Source of the DNA: Felis catus | Taxonomy: Eukaryota | Reading direction: 5' to 3' | Length of the DNA stretch: 64,000 nt | Assembly (NCBI RefSeq): GCF_018350175.1 | Contig: NC_058368.1 | Span: 79,856,001-79,920,000, forward strand | In this document: positions 24,651 through 37,505 of the stretch, piece after piece | Layout: each line of letters opens with the position of its first letter | How positions within the stretch are numbered: the stretch's first letter is position 1 | Translations under genes and position numbers: made by a program | The notes under the pieces: model-generated | Databases searched by the model: none | What the model saw: only the letters and a program-made list of their open reading frames with translations | What the model was told of the DNA's origin: nothing

Positions 24651-25777
24651 GGGACACCTAAGTGTTTTGTGCAAATCATAACTGTGGCCTTTTAAACTAC
24701 CCTATTGTTGCTTGTTTCTGATCCCACCCCCTCCCATCTTCATTTCTGGTTTTGGTCTCCAATGTGTATCAGTCAAGGCCCTGCTGGGCCCAGGAGGCAC
24801 AGGTGAGCCGGTATCGTGGAGGAGGGTTTGACCGAGACACTGTTGGCCAGGATGGGGCTGGGTTCAAGGCAGCAGTAACGTTCAGAGCAATAGCGGGACT
24901 TCCAGCCTTGGAGGGGGGGGGGGGGGCACAGAGAAGGGACAGTGCCCGGGGTTGCAGAGACATGAGCTGCAGCTTGAGGGCATCAGCACAGCGCCCCTAC
25001 CGGCCGTCCCCGTCCCCATGCTCCCATCTCCTATCCCAGAGGCACGGTGGGGCAGCGTGTCTGTGCAGCAGCTCAGATGGATGCCCCCGCCCCCCGCCAG
25101 AATGGGAAGCACCTTCAACGGAGGTGGGAGACCCCACGTGGGCCCCTTCTCGTCTGCCTCGCTGGGAAGTAATTGCTTCTGGAGCAGATGCCCAGTGATG
25201 GGAAATACAGCGGAGCCCGAGTCCCCCCTGATGTCTGTGACAGGTGCCCTGATCACCGAGAAGGCTGCCTTTCCAGCACCCGCAAGACTGCTCTGTTTCG
25301 TCTTGTGTTCCCGAAAGTTCCGTAATTTGTTAGTAAAGGAGACAGGAGACACGGGGGAAGTAGCCAAAACAGAATTTTAAATAAATTAAATCAAACGTTC
25401 TTGGGAATAAGAATTCCATTTTATGTCTAGAAACTTACACAAGTATTTACAGTGTCACTAAGATTGTAAAAGGATTAGGATTGTGTAATCCTATTTCTCT
25501 GTTAGGGTTACATGACCAATCTAATCTAACACCGTATTATGTAAGGATCTTATGACAGATAAAATGGCCCCGGACCCCTCTGTGCCCACGCTCCCCCCCT
25601 TGACTCTGAAGCCCCCTCCTCCAGGCAGGAGGCAAAGCTGGTTGTTGCAGGACCTGAGTGTAGGGTTGGCTGTGTGACCGTCACTTCCTGTGGCTGACAC
25701 ACCATCAGTGGCTCCGTCTGTCCAGGCTGCTCTTCCAGACTAACATGGATGGGCTAATAAACAACAAACGTGTATTT

Positions 25778-25987
25778 CTTTTTTTTAATGTTTTTACTTT
25801 ATTTTTTGAGAGAGACAAAGTGTGAGCGGGGGTGGGACACAGAGAGAGGGAGACACAGAATCCGAAGCAGGCTCCAGGCTCTGAGCCGTCAGCACAGAGC
25901 CCAACGTGGGGCTCGAACCCACGAACCGTGGGATCATGACCTGAGCCGAAGTCGGACGCTGAACGGACGGAGCCCCCCAGGAGCCCC
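25778..25987 (-). mobile_element. CAN-SINE
   Basis: Reverse body; tgtatttc flanks. Confidence 0.92.
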
Positions 25988-26072
25988 TAACTGTATTTCC
26001 CACTGTTCTAGAGGCTGGAAGTCCAAGATCAAGGTGGAAGTAGCTGCAGTGTCTGGTGAGGGCACTAATGCC

Positions 26073-26312
26073 AGGCGCCTGGGGGCTCAGTCGGGTGAGC
26101 GCCAACCGCGGCTCAGGTCGTGATCTCATGGTTCATGGGTTCGAGCCCCGCGTCGGGCTCTGTGCTGACAGGTTGGAGCCTCGAGCCTGCTTCGGATTCT
26201 GTGTCTCCCTCTCTCTCTACCTCTCCCCCGCTCACACTCTGTCTGTCTGTCTCTCTCTCTCTGTCTCTCAAAAATAAATAAACATTAAAAAGAATTTTTT
26301 TAACTTAGAAAA
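26073..26312 (+). mobile_element. CAN-SINE
   Basis: TSD agggcactaatgccag. Confidence 0.92.
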
Positions 26313-26919
26313 AAGGGCACTAATGCCAGTCAGGAGGGCTCCCCACCCGTGAGCCAAGCACCTCCCACAAGCCACCTCCCAATACCGTCACACGGGGGCT
26401 TAGGTTCCAACACAGGGATTTCAGGGGGACACAAACATTCTGTCCACATCAATCAGCGTGTAAGACAGCAGGGGCTCACAAAGTGCCCTGTGCTGCAGGA
26501 AGGCGTCAAGGCGACCCTTCAGGATGATGAGGGACACACGCCTCTGTCCCCAGCCTCCCCAGCCGATACCACAGGCTACAGATGCCTGAGTGAGGCCCCC
26601 TCCGGGGAGCCCTGCCCAGACTCCCCCCCTGCCCCCCCCCCCCACACAGAGTCATCAGCAAATCCATGGGCTTACGTCATGTCTGGAGTGGTCTGTTATT
26701 CAGCCACAGCTAACTGATGCAGACATCCCTTCCCGTGCTTTCCATGGCAACAGAGCAAAATCATAAAGGTCAAATGATAGACACAGAGTCTGAAGAGGGG
26801 CATGAAACACTAAAAATAGAATTCAGCTCTGCTCTTTCCCGGGACAATGAAGACGTGCCACAGGGACACGGGGACGTGTCACAAGTTGTGCTTGGATTTG
26901 GGAGATCTGTAGGAATCGG

Positions 26920-27107
26920 TCTTTCTTTTAAATTTATTTATTTTTGAGAGAGAGAGGTAGAGAGGGAGAGAGAGAGAATCCGAGGCAGGCTCCTTGCTGT
27001 CAGCGCAGAGCCTGATGGCAGGGCTCAAACTCACGAACCATGAGATCATGACCTGAGCCGAAATCAAGAGTCGGGCACTTAACCGACTCAGCCACCCGGG
27101 CACCCCG
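26920..27107 (-). mobile_element. CAN-SINE
   Basis: Reverse body. Confidence 0.9.
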
Positions 27108-28021
27108 ATAAGGATGGGTCTTACTGTGCAAATAAGTTTCAACATGATTGAAAAGCAGACTATTTGAAATAGACTTCTTTTCAATTTTTCAGAAGCAGTA
27201 AACTCCATTTCCTATACAATTGTGCTCAGTTAATGGAACTGTCCCACTGGGAAAGAACAGGGGAAACACAAACGTGGGCAGGAGGATCCATCGTGAAAAC
27301 AACTAAAGTAAAACAAGACATAACCGGGGGTTCCCTATTTGGTAAGGGTTTCGTACTGGACGTACAGCTTTCTGTACTTTCGCACTTACTGTGCTCCTGT
27401 GTGCACACCGTAGGGGGTGTGAACAGACCAGCAAATGGAGGGAGCTTTGTATTTTAAGAGAGACTCTCCTTACTATAATTCATCTCAGACAACTGGGAAA
27501 ATTGAAAGGCCGTGAGGTTGATTGTCATTTTGCCATAAATCTGAAATTATAAAGCAGGACATTAAGGGATGTAAATGGACGGCTGCTGTGTTGACTATGC
27601 TGGAATTGGATCATACACAGTCCTGAATACTACCTGATAAAGCAGGCCTTACCCTTCAGAACTTACTAGAGCACTCACAGTGCAGCAACGGTTAAGGCGC
27701 TGAGCAATGGATCACACAATGCGCTGGAAAGTCACAGGATGATTTCGATTCTTCTCCAAACCCGAAGATGCGTGGGAGGTGAGGATGGGGTGCAGCCCAG
27801 GGAGCACAGAGGAAAGACCCCGGAGGCACCCAGCATCTACCGCACCACGTTCCCTCTGGAGCCCATCAAGCAAGCAGCCCTGCGGAGTCCCCCGGAAGAG
27901 GAAACGCAGCAGTGAGCAAGCAGTTGTCGAGAAGTCAAACTTAGTCTCATTTCAAAGCCCGTACTTTCCTCCTGAACATAAGGTACAACAAACATGTTCA
28001 CAATGAAATAAAAAAGCAATA

Positions 28022-28238
28022 TTTCCTTTTTTTAATGTTTATTTATTTTTGAGAGAGAGAGAGAGACAGAGCACAAGCTGGGGAGGGTCAGAACAAAGAG
28101 GGAGACACAGAATGGGAGCAGGCTCCAGGGTCCAAGCTATCAGCACAGAACCTGACGCGGGGCTCGAACCCACGAACCATGAGATCGTGACCTGAGCCAA
28201 AGTTGGACACTCAACCGACTGAGCCACCCGGGAGTCCC
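28022..28238 (-). mobile_element. CAN-SINE
   Basis: Reverse body; caatatttc flanks. Confidence 0.92.
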
Positions 28239-28794
28239 AAAGACCCAATATTTCAATGTAAACTCAGCAGAGAATGTACACGAGAAGTTTTCAGTTTCCT
28301 CCAATTGTCCAAATGGTGCCCGGGCAAAGTCACCTGTCCCTCCGTAGAAACGTGGGCCAATGCAGGACCGTCCGTTTCCCTCCAGCCACAAAGAGTAGTC
28401 CGGCCTCCCAGAGAAGAGAGACACTGTCCTCCCTCCCGTCCGGTCAGGCGCCCACCGACTCCATGGCCCACGGCTGGCTGACCGTCCTTTCTTTCAGACA
28501 TCCTTCGATCTGGCTCCCTGGAATTCAGAACCCATGAACTCAGGAAAAGGCACACATTTTATTTTTACCAACCTCTCCCCAAGTGTAGCGTTTCTCTGTT
28601 ATGACTACGGTCCACAAGCCACCACAGTGTTAGCAGGATCTGTGATTCGGTCACCAAAAGCAAAAGCAGATCTTATCGTGTGACAGTGCAGTAACTTCAG
28701 ATAGGGTGAAACATCGCTTGTGTTCATCGGCACTTTAAGATGTAACTATGCCTCTACATCCCTTATTTCGTGTACTTATAAAGAAGTACATGCA

Positions 28795-28908
28795 GGGGCG
28801 GGTGCTGCATGGCTCAGTCGATTCAGAGTGTGGAGCCTGCTTGAGAGTCTCTGTCTCTCCCTCTCCCTCGCCCTCCCTCTCTCCCTCCCCCCCACCAATA
28901 AATAAATG
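28795..28908 (+). mobile_element. Internally deleted CAN-SINE
   Basis: Head joined directly to ggagcctgctt; TSD gaagtacatg. Confidence 0.75.
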
Positions 28909-30254
28909 GAAGTACATGTATTACTACATTCATATTTTTAAGCATTTTGGTAAGTGCATTCAATAATCGGTTTCTTTATAACGCTCTACATGTATTTTGC
29001 TATATGCATTTTCAAATAAACAATTTTTCTGAGAAGAATTCCTCTGGCGTTGCTGGAGTGCCCAAGGGTCCCTATCACAGAAAGCGAATAACAGACGACA
29101 GTCTGGGACCCCAGAGGACCAGCAGGTAGGGCCTTCCCTTCTCCCTCCTCTGGTCCTGGTCCCGCAGGGATGAAGCCAGGCGGGGTGAGGGCGGGTCACC
29201 CTCCTTCCCATCCGCTGTCTGTGTGATCTGAGCCTTCCGAGGTCCCCGGGGCTGGCTCTCAAGGGGCCTGGGAATGAGTTTCCGAACCTCCTCGTTCTCC
29301 ACTCCAGAGAGGCAACTCTGGGTCCGCAGACACGGCCCTCTTTGGAAAGGGCCAGAATAACTCCAGCCACCTCCCTGCCCTTAGGCCCCTAAACGGAGCT
29401 CGCATCTCCAGGCCACAAAAGCCATGGTGTGCAGGTCGTGTCCTGAAGCCCCTGCCCCCAGCCCACCATGCCTCCTCCTTCCCCAGCCGGGGCACAGATG
29501 CCCTTCTCCACCGCGGGGGGATGGGGGGGTGGGGGTGGGGATGGGCAACGAGTCTGCAAAGTCCCCTCAGTGCCCTGGCTTGGTGGGGGCAGGCCTCACA
29601 GTGAGGAGGGAAATGACAGCACCCCACTCCTGGGACCGCCCAGTTCTCCTCCTCTCCTCCTCCTGGAAGGGGTGTGGGCGGCGCCAGGGGTGTGGGTGTG
29701 GGGGCGGGGTGTTCCCGCTGGATAGGAATCTGCCCTCCCACTCACACCCCCCCCCCCCCAGTTGTTGGCAGCTGTCTTCAGATTGTGTGACGCTGGATGC
29801 CTCTTGTTTGGAGTGGCAGGAAAAGTCCCTCTCAGCATCCCACTGCCGCGGTCCAGGCCACATTGCTTCCGGAGGTGACCCCTGTCCTCACCAAACCCCC
29901 ACCTTCAGGTCAGCCTTCCGAGATTCCTCAGCGGCTGCACCGCAGGGCTGTGTCCCACACTTGGCGGGAGCCTATGGGGACAGCCCTTGGCAGTGGGGGG
30001 TGGAAGACAGAGGCGTGGAGACAGGATTTCTCTAAGTACCAAGGAAGGCTTCTGGAGAGGAATCCAGCCCCCGCCAGACAAGTGCAAGCCACGGCCCTGC
30101 GTGATTCTTTAAAAATGCGGGTTTTCATTGCCTTTTCACTCTTACAATTCACATTCACAAACTCCGGTAAAAGAATTCGTTTTGCATGTTTGGAATAATT
30201 CCTCCATCCACGTTCCTTCCTATTCCCTCACCTGAAAACAATGAAGGGGCCTGG

Positions 30255-31600
30255 CCGCGGAGTCCCGCCAGCAGCCGGCCATCTGCTGCAGAGTGGCCTC
30301 GGGACAGTGACACCGAGGAAAAAGGCATCGTGCTGCTGCTGGAAGCAAACCCTGCGGCCCGCGGAGGCGCTCCCTAACAGGAGGGTGGGGTGCCCTCTGC
30401 AGTTTGTTCCGGAAATTTCCCCTACACAGGAAGAGATCAGATGTACGTGCTGTTTCACTGAACGGCCAGCAGGGAGCAGTCTGCAGGGATTTCCCGTTTG
30501 CATCCGAGAAATAAACACCCCTGAAGGCAGAGTGTCCCGGTCCTTTTTGTGCCACCTGCCCCAGGCAGCGAGTACAGGAAATCAGTGGGGAAGGTTTCTG
30601 CGAGGACCGACCGGTGGCGGGGGGGGGGGGGGGGGGGGGGGGGGGGATGACAAAACAGAACGGAGTCCCGGAAGTCACCTGCGGCTGTGCTCCAGAGTAG
30701 AAGGCTCGAGGGGGCATTTCCCGATCGCGGCTGGGTGACCCGGGTTCACCGTGACTCAGCGCGGCTCCCGGTGGCTCAGGCAGGGCAGGCGAGGCCCTGG
30801 GAAGGCGCGGCTATTGGGGGCCAGGAAAGGGGACGGGGCGGGGGGGGGGCGCGGGGAAGTACAAATGGGGCGTTCACGAGAGGGAGGAGCCTGTGGGGAT
30901 GATTCAGAGGGGCCGAGCCCGGCTCTCCAGGCAAGCCGGCAGGGGCAGGGCGGGAGGGGCGGCCAAGCCCTCGTGCAGGTGGGCGAGAGCTGTGTCAAGG
31001 TGACCCTGTCCCCCCCCCCACCCCGCCCCGCAGGCGCGGCAGGTCAGGCTGCACCGCGGAGGCCCCGCGGCCGGGAGACCAGGCTCTCCGCCGCATCCAC
31101 GGAGGGCCCAACGCACTCGTCGGTACAATTCGGCTCCTTGGTTTCCGGATTCCAGAGCTTCGGTTTTAACTTAGAGAAAAAAATGTGACGCTTTTTACTA
31201 ATAAATTGCAAACAAATGTGAAATGCCTGGGTAGCAGGGAAACGGTGCCTCGGGGCGGGGAGGGGAATGACCCCGGGGTCTGCAGGACAGGGCGCTGGGT
31301 GGGCACGTCGTCGCCCGGAGCCGCGCTCAGGGAAGATCCCGGGCGTCCCCTCCCATCCCACCTCTAGGGTTCAGGTGACCCCGCGGCAACAGGTGTAAGA
31401 ACAACCCCCAAGACGGAGGCTCAGTGATGGACCCGGGAGGACCCGGTCCTGGATTCAGAATCATTTCAACACGGTTCTGAGAAGAGCTGGCTGCATGGTG
31501 GGGGGTGAATGCAGGGCTGTAAAGGCGGCGGCGCACCGTCTGTTTCTGGATGGGTGAGAGCTGGCGGGGGGGGGGGGGGGGGGGGGGCGGGGCGGGGGGG
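30255..31600. promoter_or_regulatory. Orphan CpG island with poly-G runs, about 10 kb downstream of COL4A1
   Basis: CpG-dense, GC boxes, AP-1 TGACTCA near 30752, G28 at 30619-30646 and G22 at 31566-31587. Confidence 0.65.
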
Positions 31601-31711
31601 GCAGGCAGGAAGAGAAAGCCCTTTCCAGCAGCCCAGTGAGAGCTGGAGCACAGACCGGAAACTTCATATCCGGAAGGTACCAAACGGGCTCACAAGATAC
31701 TTTTCCCTTGA

Positions 31712-31716
<5 letters not shown>

Positions 31717-31742
<26 letters not shown>

Positions 31743-31941
31743 AACGTTTATTTTTGAGAGACAGAGACAGAGCGCCAGCAGGGGAGGGCCAGAGAGAGAG
31801 GGAGACACAGAATCCGGAGCAGGATCCAAGCTCCCAGCTGTCAGCACAGAGCTGGATGCAGGGCTCAAACCCTCCAACGTTGAGATCAGGACCTGAGCCC
31901 AGCCGAAGTCGGTCCCTTAACTGACTGAGCCCCCCAGGCGC
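31717..31941 (-). mobile_element. CAN-SINE with a long T run
   Basis: Reverse SINEC_Fc body. Confidence 0.92.
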
Positions 31942-32801
31942 AGCCCCCCCCCCGTGATATCTTTAAGAGACAGTCTCTCATGTCTCTGGCGTGAGCAGGT
32001 GTGGTTTGCAAGTGAGAGAGGAGGGGCTTGAAGTCTGGAAGTTCACTGCCAACTTGTCATCCTACAAGGCCCTAATTATGAAATATTTCCTGCGTCCAGG
32101 TGATCTGAACTTGTAAGGGGAGATGGGCTTTCCTGTCTTGTCTCTCCCCTGGGTGGGAGGTCAGGAGTGGGCGTGGAGAGTAGAGGTGCTTAATACATGT
32201 TTGCTTGGTTACCTCTGGGGGACACACCATTTCCATCTGTGACACCCCCTGGGGGAAGGAGTGGAATCAAACTCCCTGACAGGATGAGGCGCGTCTACAG
32301 CGACTTGGAAACACCTGAGATCTGGAATAACAGAGGTGAGGAGGCTGGATCCTACCTCTAAAGGGTAGGATGTTAACAAAATCCCAAGGAAGACGCAGAA
32401 AGAGGGAGGAGACCGTCGCTGGCCTGCGCTCCTCGGTCCTCAAGGCAGAAGCATGTGCTGGGAGCCCAGCCGGTCCTCGGCCCCACGCGGGGCCTGGATG
32501 AGTGAAGACCCCCGTCTGCCCTTCCCTGTACACATTTCTCACTGATCCCACGTCTCACTTCATCTTCAAGCCAGCAGCCCTCAAGATCCCCATTTGTCAT
32601 CGGGCCCCCATCCCCACACCCGTCTATGGCATTACTATCGCTTCCAGATCTATAACCTCATTTCATATACCTGGAGAGTTACAGATTTCTTCCATAATGA
32701 TTTAACAGAAAATTTCTTAAGGGGTTGATATTATTCATTCCTATTTATCCTGTTCCTAACCGGGTACCTGGGAAACAGTAAAGACATAGTATATGTATGA
32801 T

Positions 32802-33124
32802 GGAGAGGTGGAGGGAGGGAGGAGGGAGACAGGGAGGGAGGGATGGATGGAGGAGGCAGGGAGGAGGGAGGGATGGATGGAAGGACGGAGGGAGGGAGGA
32901 GGGAGGAAAGGAGGGAGGGAGGAAAGGAGGGAGGGATGGATGGGTGGAGGGAGAGAGGAAAGGAGGAAGAAAAGAAGGGAGGAAGGGAGGGAGGAAAGGA
33001 GGGAGGGAGGGATAGCTGGAGGAGGGAGGGAGGGATGGATGGACGGATGGAGGGTGGGAGGGAGGAGGGAGGAAAGGAAGAAGGAAAGAAGGGAGGGAGG
33101 GAGGGAGGGATGGAGGAGGGAGAG
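32802..33124. repeat. Polypurine (GGAG/GGAT/GGAA) low-complexity tract
   Basis: About 320 bp, almost purely G/A. Confidence 0.93.
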
Positions 33125-33224
33125 CAGGGTGAGTGCCAGAAAACAGCTTTTTCCTTTTCTTATCAATTCTTCCCAGTCTATGACTCTGGTTTGGAAGAAC
33201 TGCAAAATAAAAATGACCAAGGTT

Positions 33225-33320
33225 ATGGAGGCCTCTGAGAGGTTATATACCTTGCTCAAGGTCATGAGTTTGTAAGTGGCAGGGTCAGAATCTGAAGTCA
33301 GAGCTGTCTGGTTGCACGAG
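33225..33320 (+). mobile_element. MIR fragment
   Basis: gagaggttatataccttgctcaaggtcatgagtttgtaagtggcag. Confidence 0.65.
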
Positions 33321-36300
33321 TACAACAGAATGACCCTTGATTCAAGTACAGATTGTGGAGGACAGACCCAGCCTCAGAGCGCCAGGGCGTGGGAGGTCTG
33401 GTGTGAAGATGATGGCCCCCGACACGAGCATAGGCCAGTGAATGTCACTGAAGCATAGTTGAAGCATAGAACCAAAAAGCGTTTGGGAAGACCCAGCACT
33501 ATCTATTACCAGAAAAGCCACCGTGTGATAGTTAACCGAATCAACGACTTACCACGCATTCAGGCACTAGAAACAAACATGGGAAAAACTAAAGATGAGC
33601 AAAATCAAACCATTTGTTCCTCTTCTGTGCCTCACCGTCACTCTCGCCACCATCAAAACTAGTACTCAACGCTTCTGAACTGGGATCGTGTTGGTACTGG
33701 CTCCAGGTAGGACTGAGTGCACACACCCCAGCCTGTCTCTCCACGATGCAGTAGCCAATAAAGGACCAGCAGCAGACAGACCAGTGAAAACAACCAGGTT
33801 GAGACATGCCACCAAAGCAGTGGGAGACTTCACCACATTTCTCCTTTGCTCCCATCCCCCTTCAGCCCGACTGTGGCCGCAGTCCCAGGAAGTGTGCACA
33901 GAGTGAAGGAAGTAAACACCAAGGTATTGTGGACAAGAGATCAAACAGAGGGACCTCCAAACACTGGCAAGTACTGGGAAGGTGACAAGGAGGACAGACC
34001 TCGAGAAGAAGTCTGCAAAGTTGTGTGTGAGCGCTTGGACCCGTCTTGGGTCTGTGCAGATGACGCTATGGCTCTAAGGGCCATGCCAACAACGTGGAAG
34101 GCTGACCCCACCACTCACACCCCAAGGAGGCGCAGGGTGGCATTCGAGCAGGACAGATCCGAGTGGCGCCGCAGAAACGGATGTGACCCTGGAACCACAG
34201 ACCACGGGAGCCAAGCTGGGACCTGGAATCTTGACCCTGACCAGACCGATGTCCTGCCAGAAATATCCACATTTCCCACAGGAGGAAGACACGAATCTAC
34301 AGGTTCAGAAGGTTCCGAGGACCCAATCCGTGCCCAGACGTACCATAATCAATAACTTGAAAATTGAGGACAATGAAAAATCTTCAAAGCAGCCCGAGAA
34401 CATCATTTCGAGAAGAGTAATGATTCGAATGGCTGGGGGTTTATTATCAGGAACTGCAGAGACCAGAAGAAGAGGACACACAGTTTTGATTGCCAGGAAA
34501 AAGAAAGCTGCCAGAATGCACGGGCAGAGGAAAAATCCTTCAGGAAAGGTGAAGTAAAGATATTTCTAGATGAAGGAAACCTCCAGGAACTTGCTGCCAG
34601 CACACTTACTCTAAGAGGATTGTCAAAGGAGGTTCCTCAGACACAAGAGAAAGCCTGGGGTGCCGGGAATACAGGAGGAGAGCAAAAAAAAATTTTTTTA
34701 AGATGTTGCAAACAGAAAACAAGTGATAAAAAGCTGTATCAATAGCCAAACACACAAGTCATGACATTATGCATGAACACGGGCTAACCACACCAACTAA
34801 AAGACAGAGATTGTCAGAGGGAAATTTTAAAACAACTCAACTATACGTTGTCGTCAAGAATCTCACTTCAAATATAATGATGTAGGTGGATTAAAAGTAC
34901 GAGACTAGAAAAGATGGAGTGAGTGGCTTGACGAACATCAGACAAAGTAGATTTCAGAGCAAAACAATACTTTCCAGGGATAAAGAGGCACAGAGTGTAA
35001 AGATAAAAGCATCAACTCATCACGAAGACATAACAAGATTAAATGTGTATACACCTAAGAGCAGAACTTGAAGAAAAAAAAAGACAGGGCAAACACTATC
35101 CTAACTGGAAGAAGTTAGAAAGTTCCTAAGTAACATCAGACACTCCAACCCTCATCTCTCGATGACTGATAGAAATTTAAGGATATAAAACAACTGAACA
35201 ATACCACCAATCAAATGGATTCTAGCTGACATTCATAGAACAATCTATGAACACTAGCTGAATACGTATTCCTTCCAATCAAACATGGAACATTTACCAA
35301 GAAAGATGTTACCCTTGGTCATAAAATAAACCTTAACAAATGTAAGATCACTGAAATCATATACAGTGGGTTCTGTGATTGTAACAAAATAAACCAGAAA
35401 TCGAAAACGGGATTATAACGGGAAAATCTACAAACACTTGGAAACAAAACAATTAACTTCCAAAATAACCATGGATCTAAGGGAGTAGCAAAGAAAATTA
35501 GAAATTAGTTTGAGGTGAAAGAAGATGAAAATACAATATCATGGGATTTGTGGGATACAAAAATAAGTGCCCGCAGGGATATTTGTAGCATCAAATGCTT
35601 ATATTAAAAAAGAATAAAAGTCTCAAATGAATCATCTAAACGTCCACCTGCAGAAACTAGAAAAAGAAGAGCAAAATAGCCTCAACATAAGAACAGAAAA
35701 GGAAATAATAAAGATACGAGTTTTAAAAAAAAACAATAAAACCGAAAGCAAAAAACACCAATAGAAATCAATGAAACCAAATCTAGTTTTTTGAAAAGAT
35801 CAATAATATTGATAAACTTCTAACAGGTTTGACAAAGAAAAAGAAGGTACAAATTATCAATATCAAGGGAGATATAAAGGGTGTCACTACAGGCTCAATG
35901 AACACAAGGAAAAGGGGATTCTGAGAACAACTCTACACACATGATTTTGACAACTTGCAGTGGATTAATTTCTTAAAAGGAAAAACTATCAAACTCATCC
36001 AAAATGAAATAGGTAACTTGAATAGCCCTGTCACTATTTTTTAAATGATCTTATGATTAAAAACCTTCCACAGGAGAAATTTGCTGGTCCAGATTTCACT
36101 GGCAACTTCTACTAAACATTTAAAGAATACCACCAACTCTTCCAGAGAATAGAAGAGGAGGGGATATTTCCCAGATCATTTTTTTTGACCATGACATTAC
36201 CTGACACACAAACCAGGCAAAGACAAGACAAAAAAGGAACGGTAAAAATGAATTTCCCTCACTAGCACGAGCACAAAAACCTCCAGTTAAAATATCAGCA

Positions 36301-37505
36301 AGTCAAATCCAGCAAAATGTAAAAATGATACACCATGACCAAGTGTGCTGTATCCTGGAAATTTAAGACTGGCCCGACCTTCATTTGTCACTGTTATCCA
36401 CAATATTAACAGTTTAAAGAGGAAATCTCCCATGATAGCTGATGCAGAAAAAGCACTTGACAAGATTCAACATCCAGTCATGATAAAAACTCTCCAGTAT
36501 AAAGGCATCTACATAAACACCTACAGTTAACATCATACTTAACAGTGAAAAGACTACGTGCCTTTTCCTTAGGGTCAAAAACAAGGGAAGTATGTCCAGG
36601 CCCACCACTCCTATTCAACATTGGATTCGAGGTGCTGGCCAGTGCAAAAAATCAAGGAAAAGAACAGAGTAGATGCTGGAGTATGGAGAGGAAGGTATAG
36701 AAGGGTCCCTCTTCATAGAAAACATGAGTGTCTATGCAGAAAATCCTAACAAAGCTACAAAAAGAAATCCTCCTAGAACTATGAAGTGAACTTGGGAATG
36801 TCACAGGATCCAAATCAATATACATAGAAAAACCAATCATATTTATGTAGATTAGATAGGTACGATTGAAAGTCAAAAATTTTTTTAAAGAATTCCTCTA
36901 ACAATGGCTCTTAAAAAACACTCAGGTACAAATCTAACCAAAATGGACACAATCTGTATACTGGAAACTATAAAATGATAATTAAAACATCAAAGGAGAC
37001 CATAAAATAAACATTAAAAAAAACCCATCAAAGAAGACCTAAATCAATGAAAAGACATACCATGTTCTTGGAATGTAAGATTCAGTAAAGCTGACAATTC
37101 TTCCCAAATTGATGAATAGATTTAATACAATTCCAATCAAAACCCCAGAAGGATTTTTCTGTAGCCAAATCCCAAATTTATACCGAAAAGCAAAGAGACT
37201 CGAGTAGCTAAAACAATTTTGGAAAGGAAGCACAGAACAGGAGGAATCACACCAACTGATGTAGACTTACTTTAAAGCTAAATTAACCAAGAGGGCACAG
37301 TGTTGGTGAAGGCAGTCACACAGATTGATGAAACAGAATAGAGTCCAAAAACAGACCCGCACAAATCAGCAATGCAATATAAAGTCAGCTAAATGAAGAG
37401 AAAGTAGCCTTTCTCAACAACTAAACAATTGGATAGCCATATGTGAAATAATAATCTAAAACTTACATGTCATTTAAAGAATTAGTCAAATGGATCATAG
37501 AACAC

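Larger units (their letters stand above)
25540..26722. mobile_element. Nested MLT1 LTRs (reverse element at about 25720-26450 inside an older forward element)
   Basis: ctgttctagaggctggaagtccaagatcaaggtg (-); gtggtctgttattcagccacagctaactgatgca (+ terminus). Confidence 0.55.

Noticed and set aside
32756-33325. Pro/Ser-rich and Gly/Arg/Glu-rich ORFs
   Set aside because: Translations of the polypurine tract.
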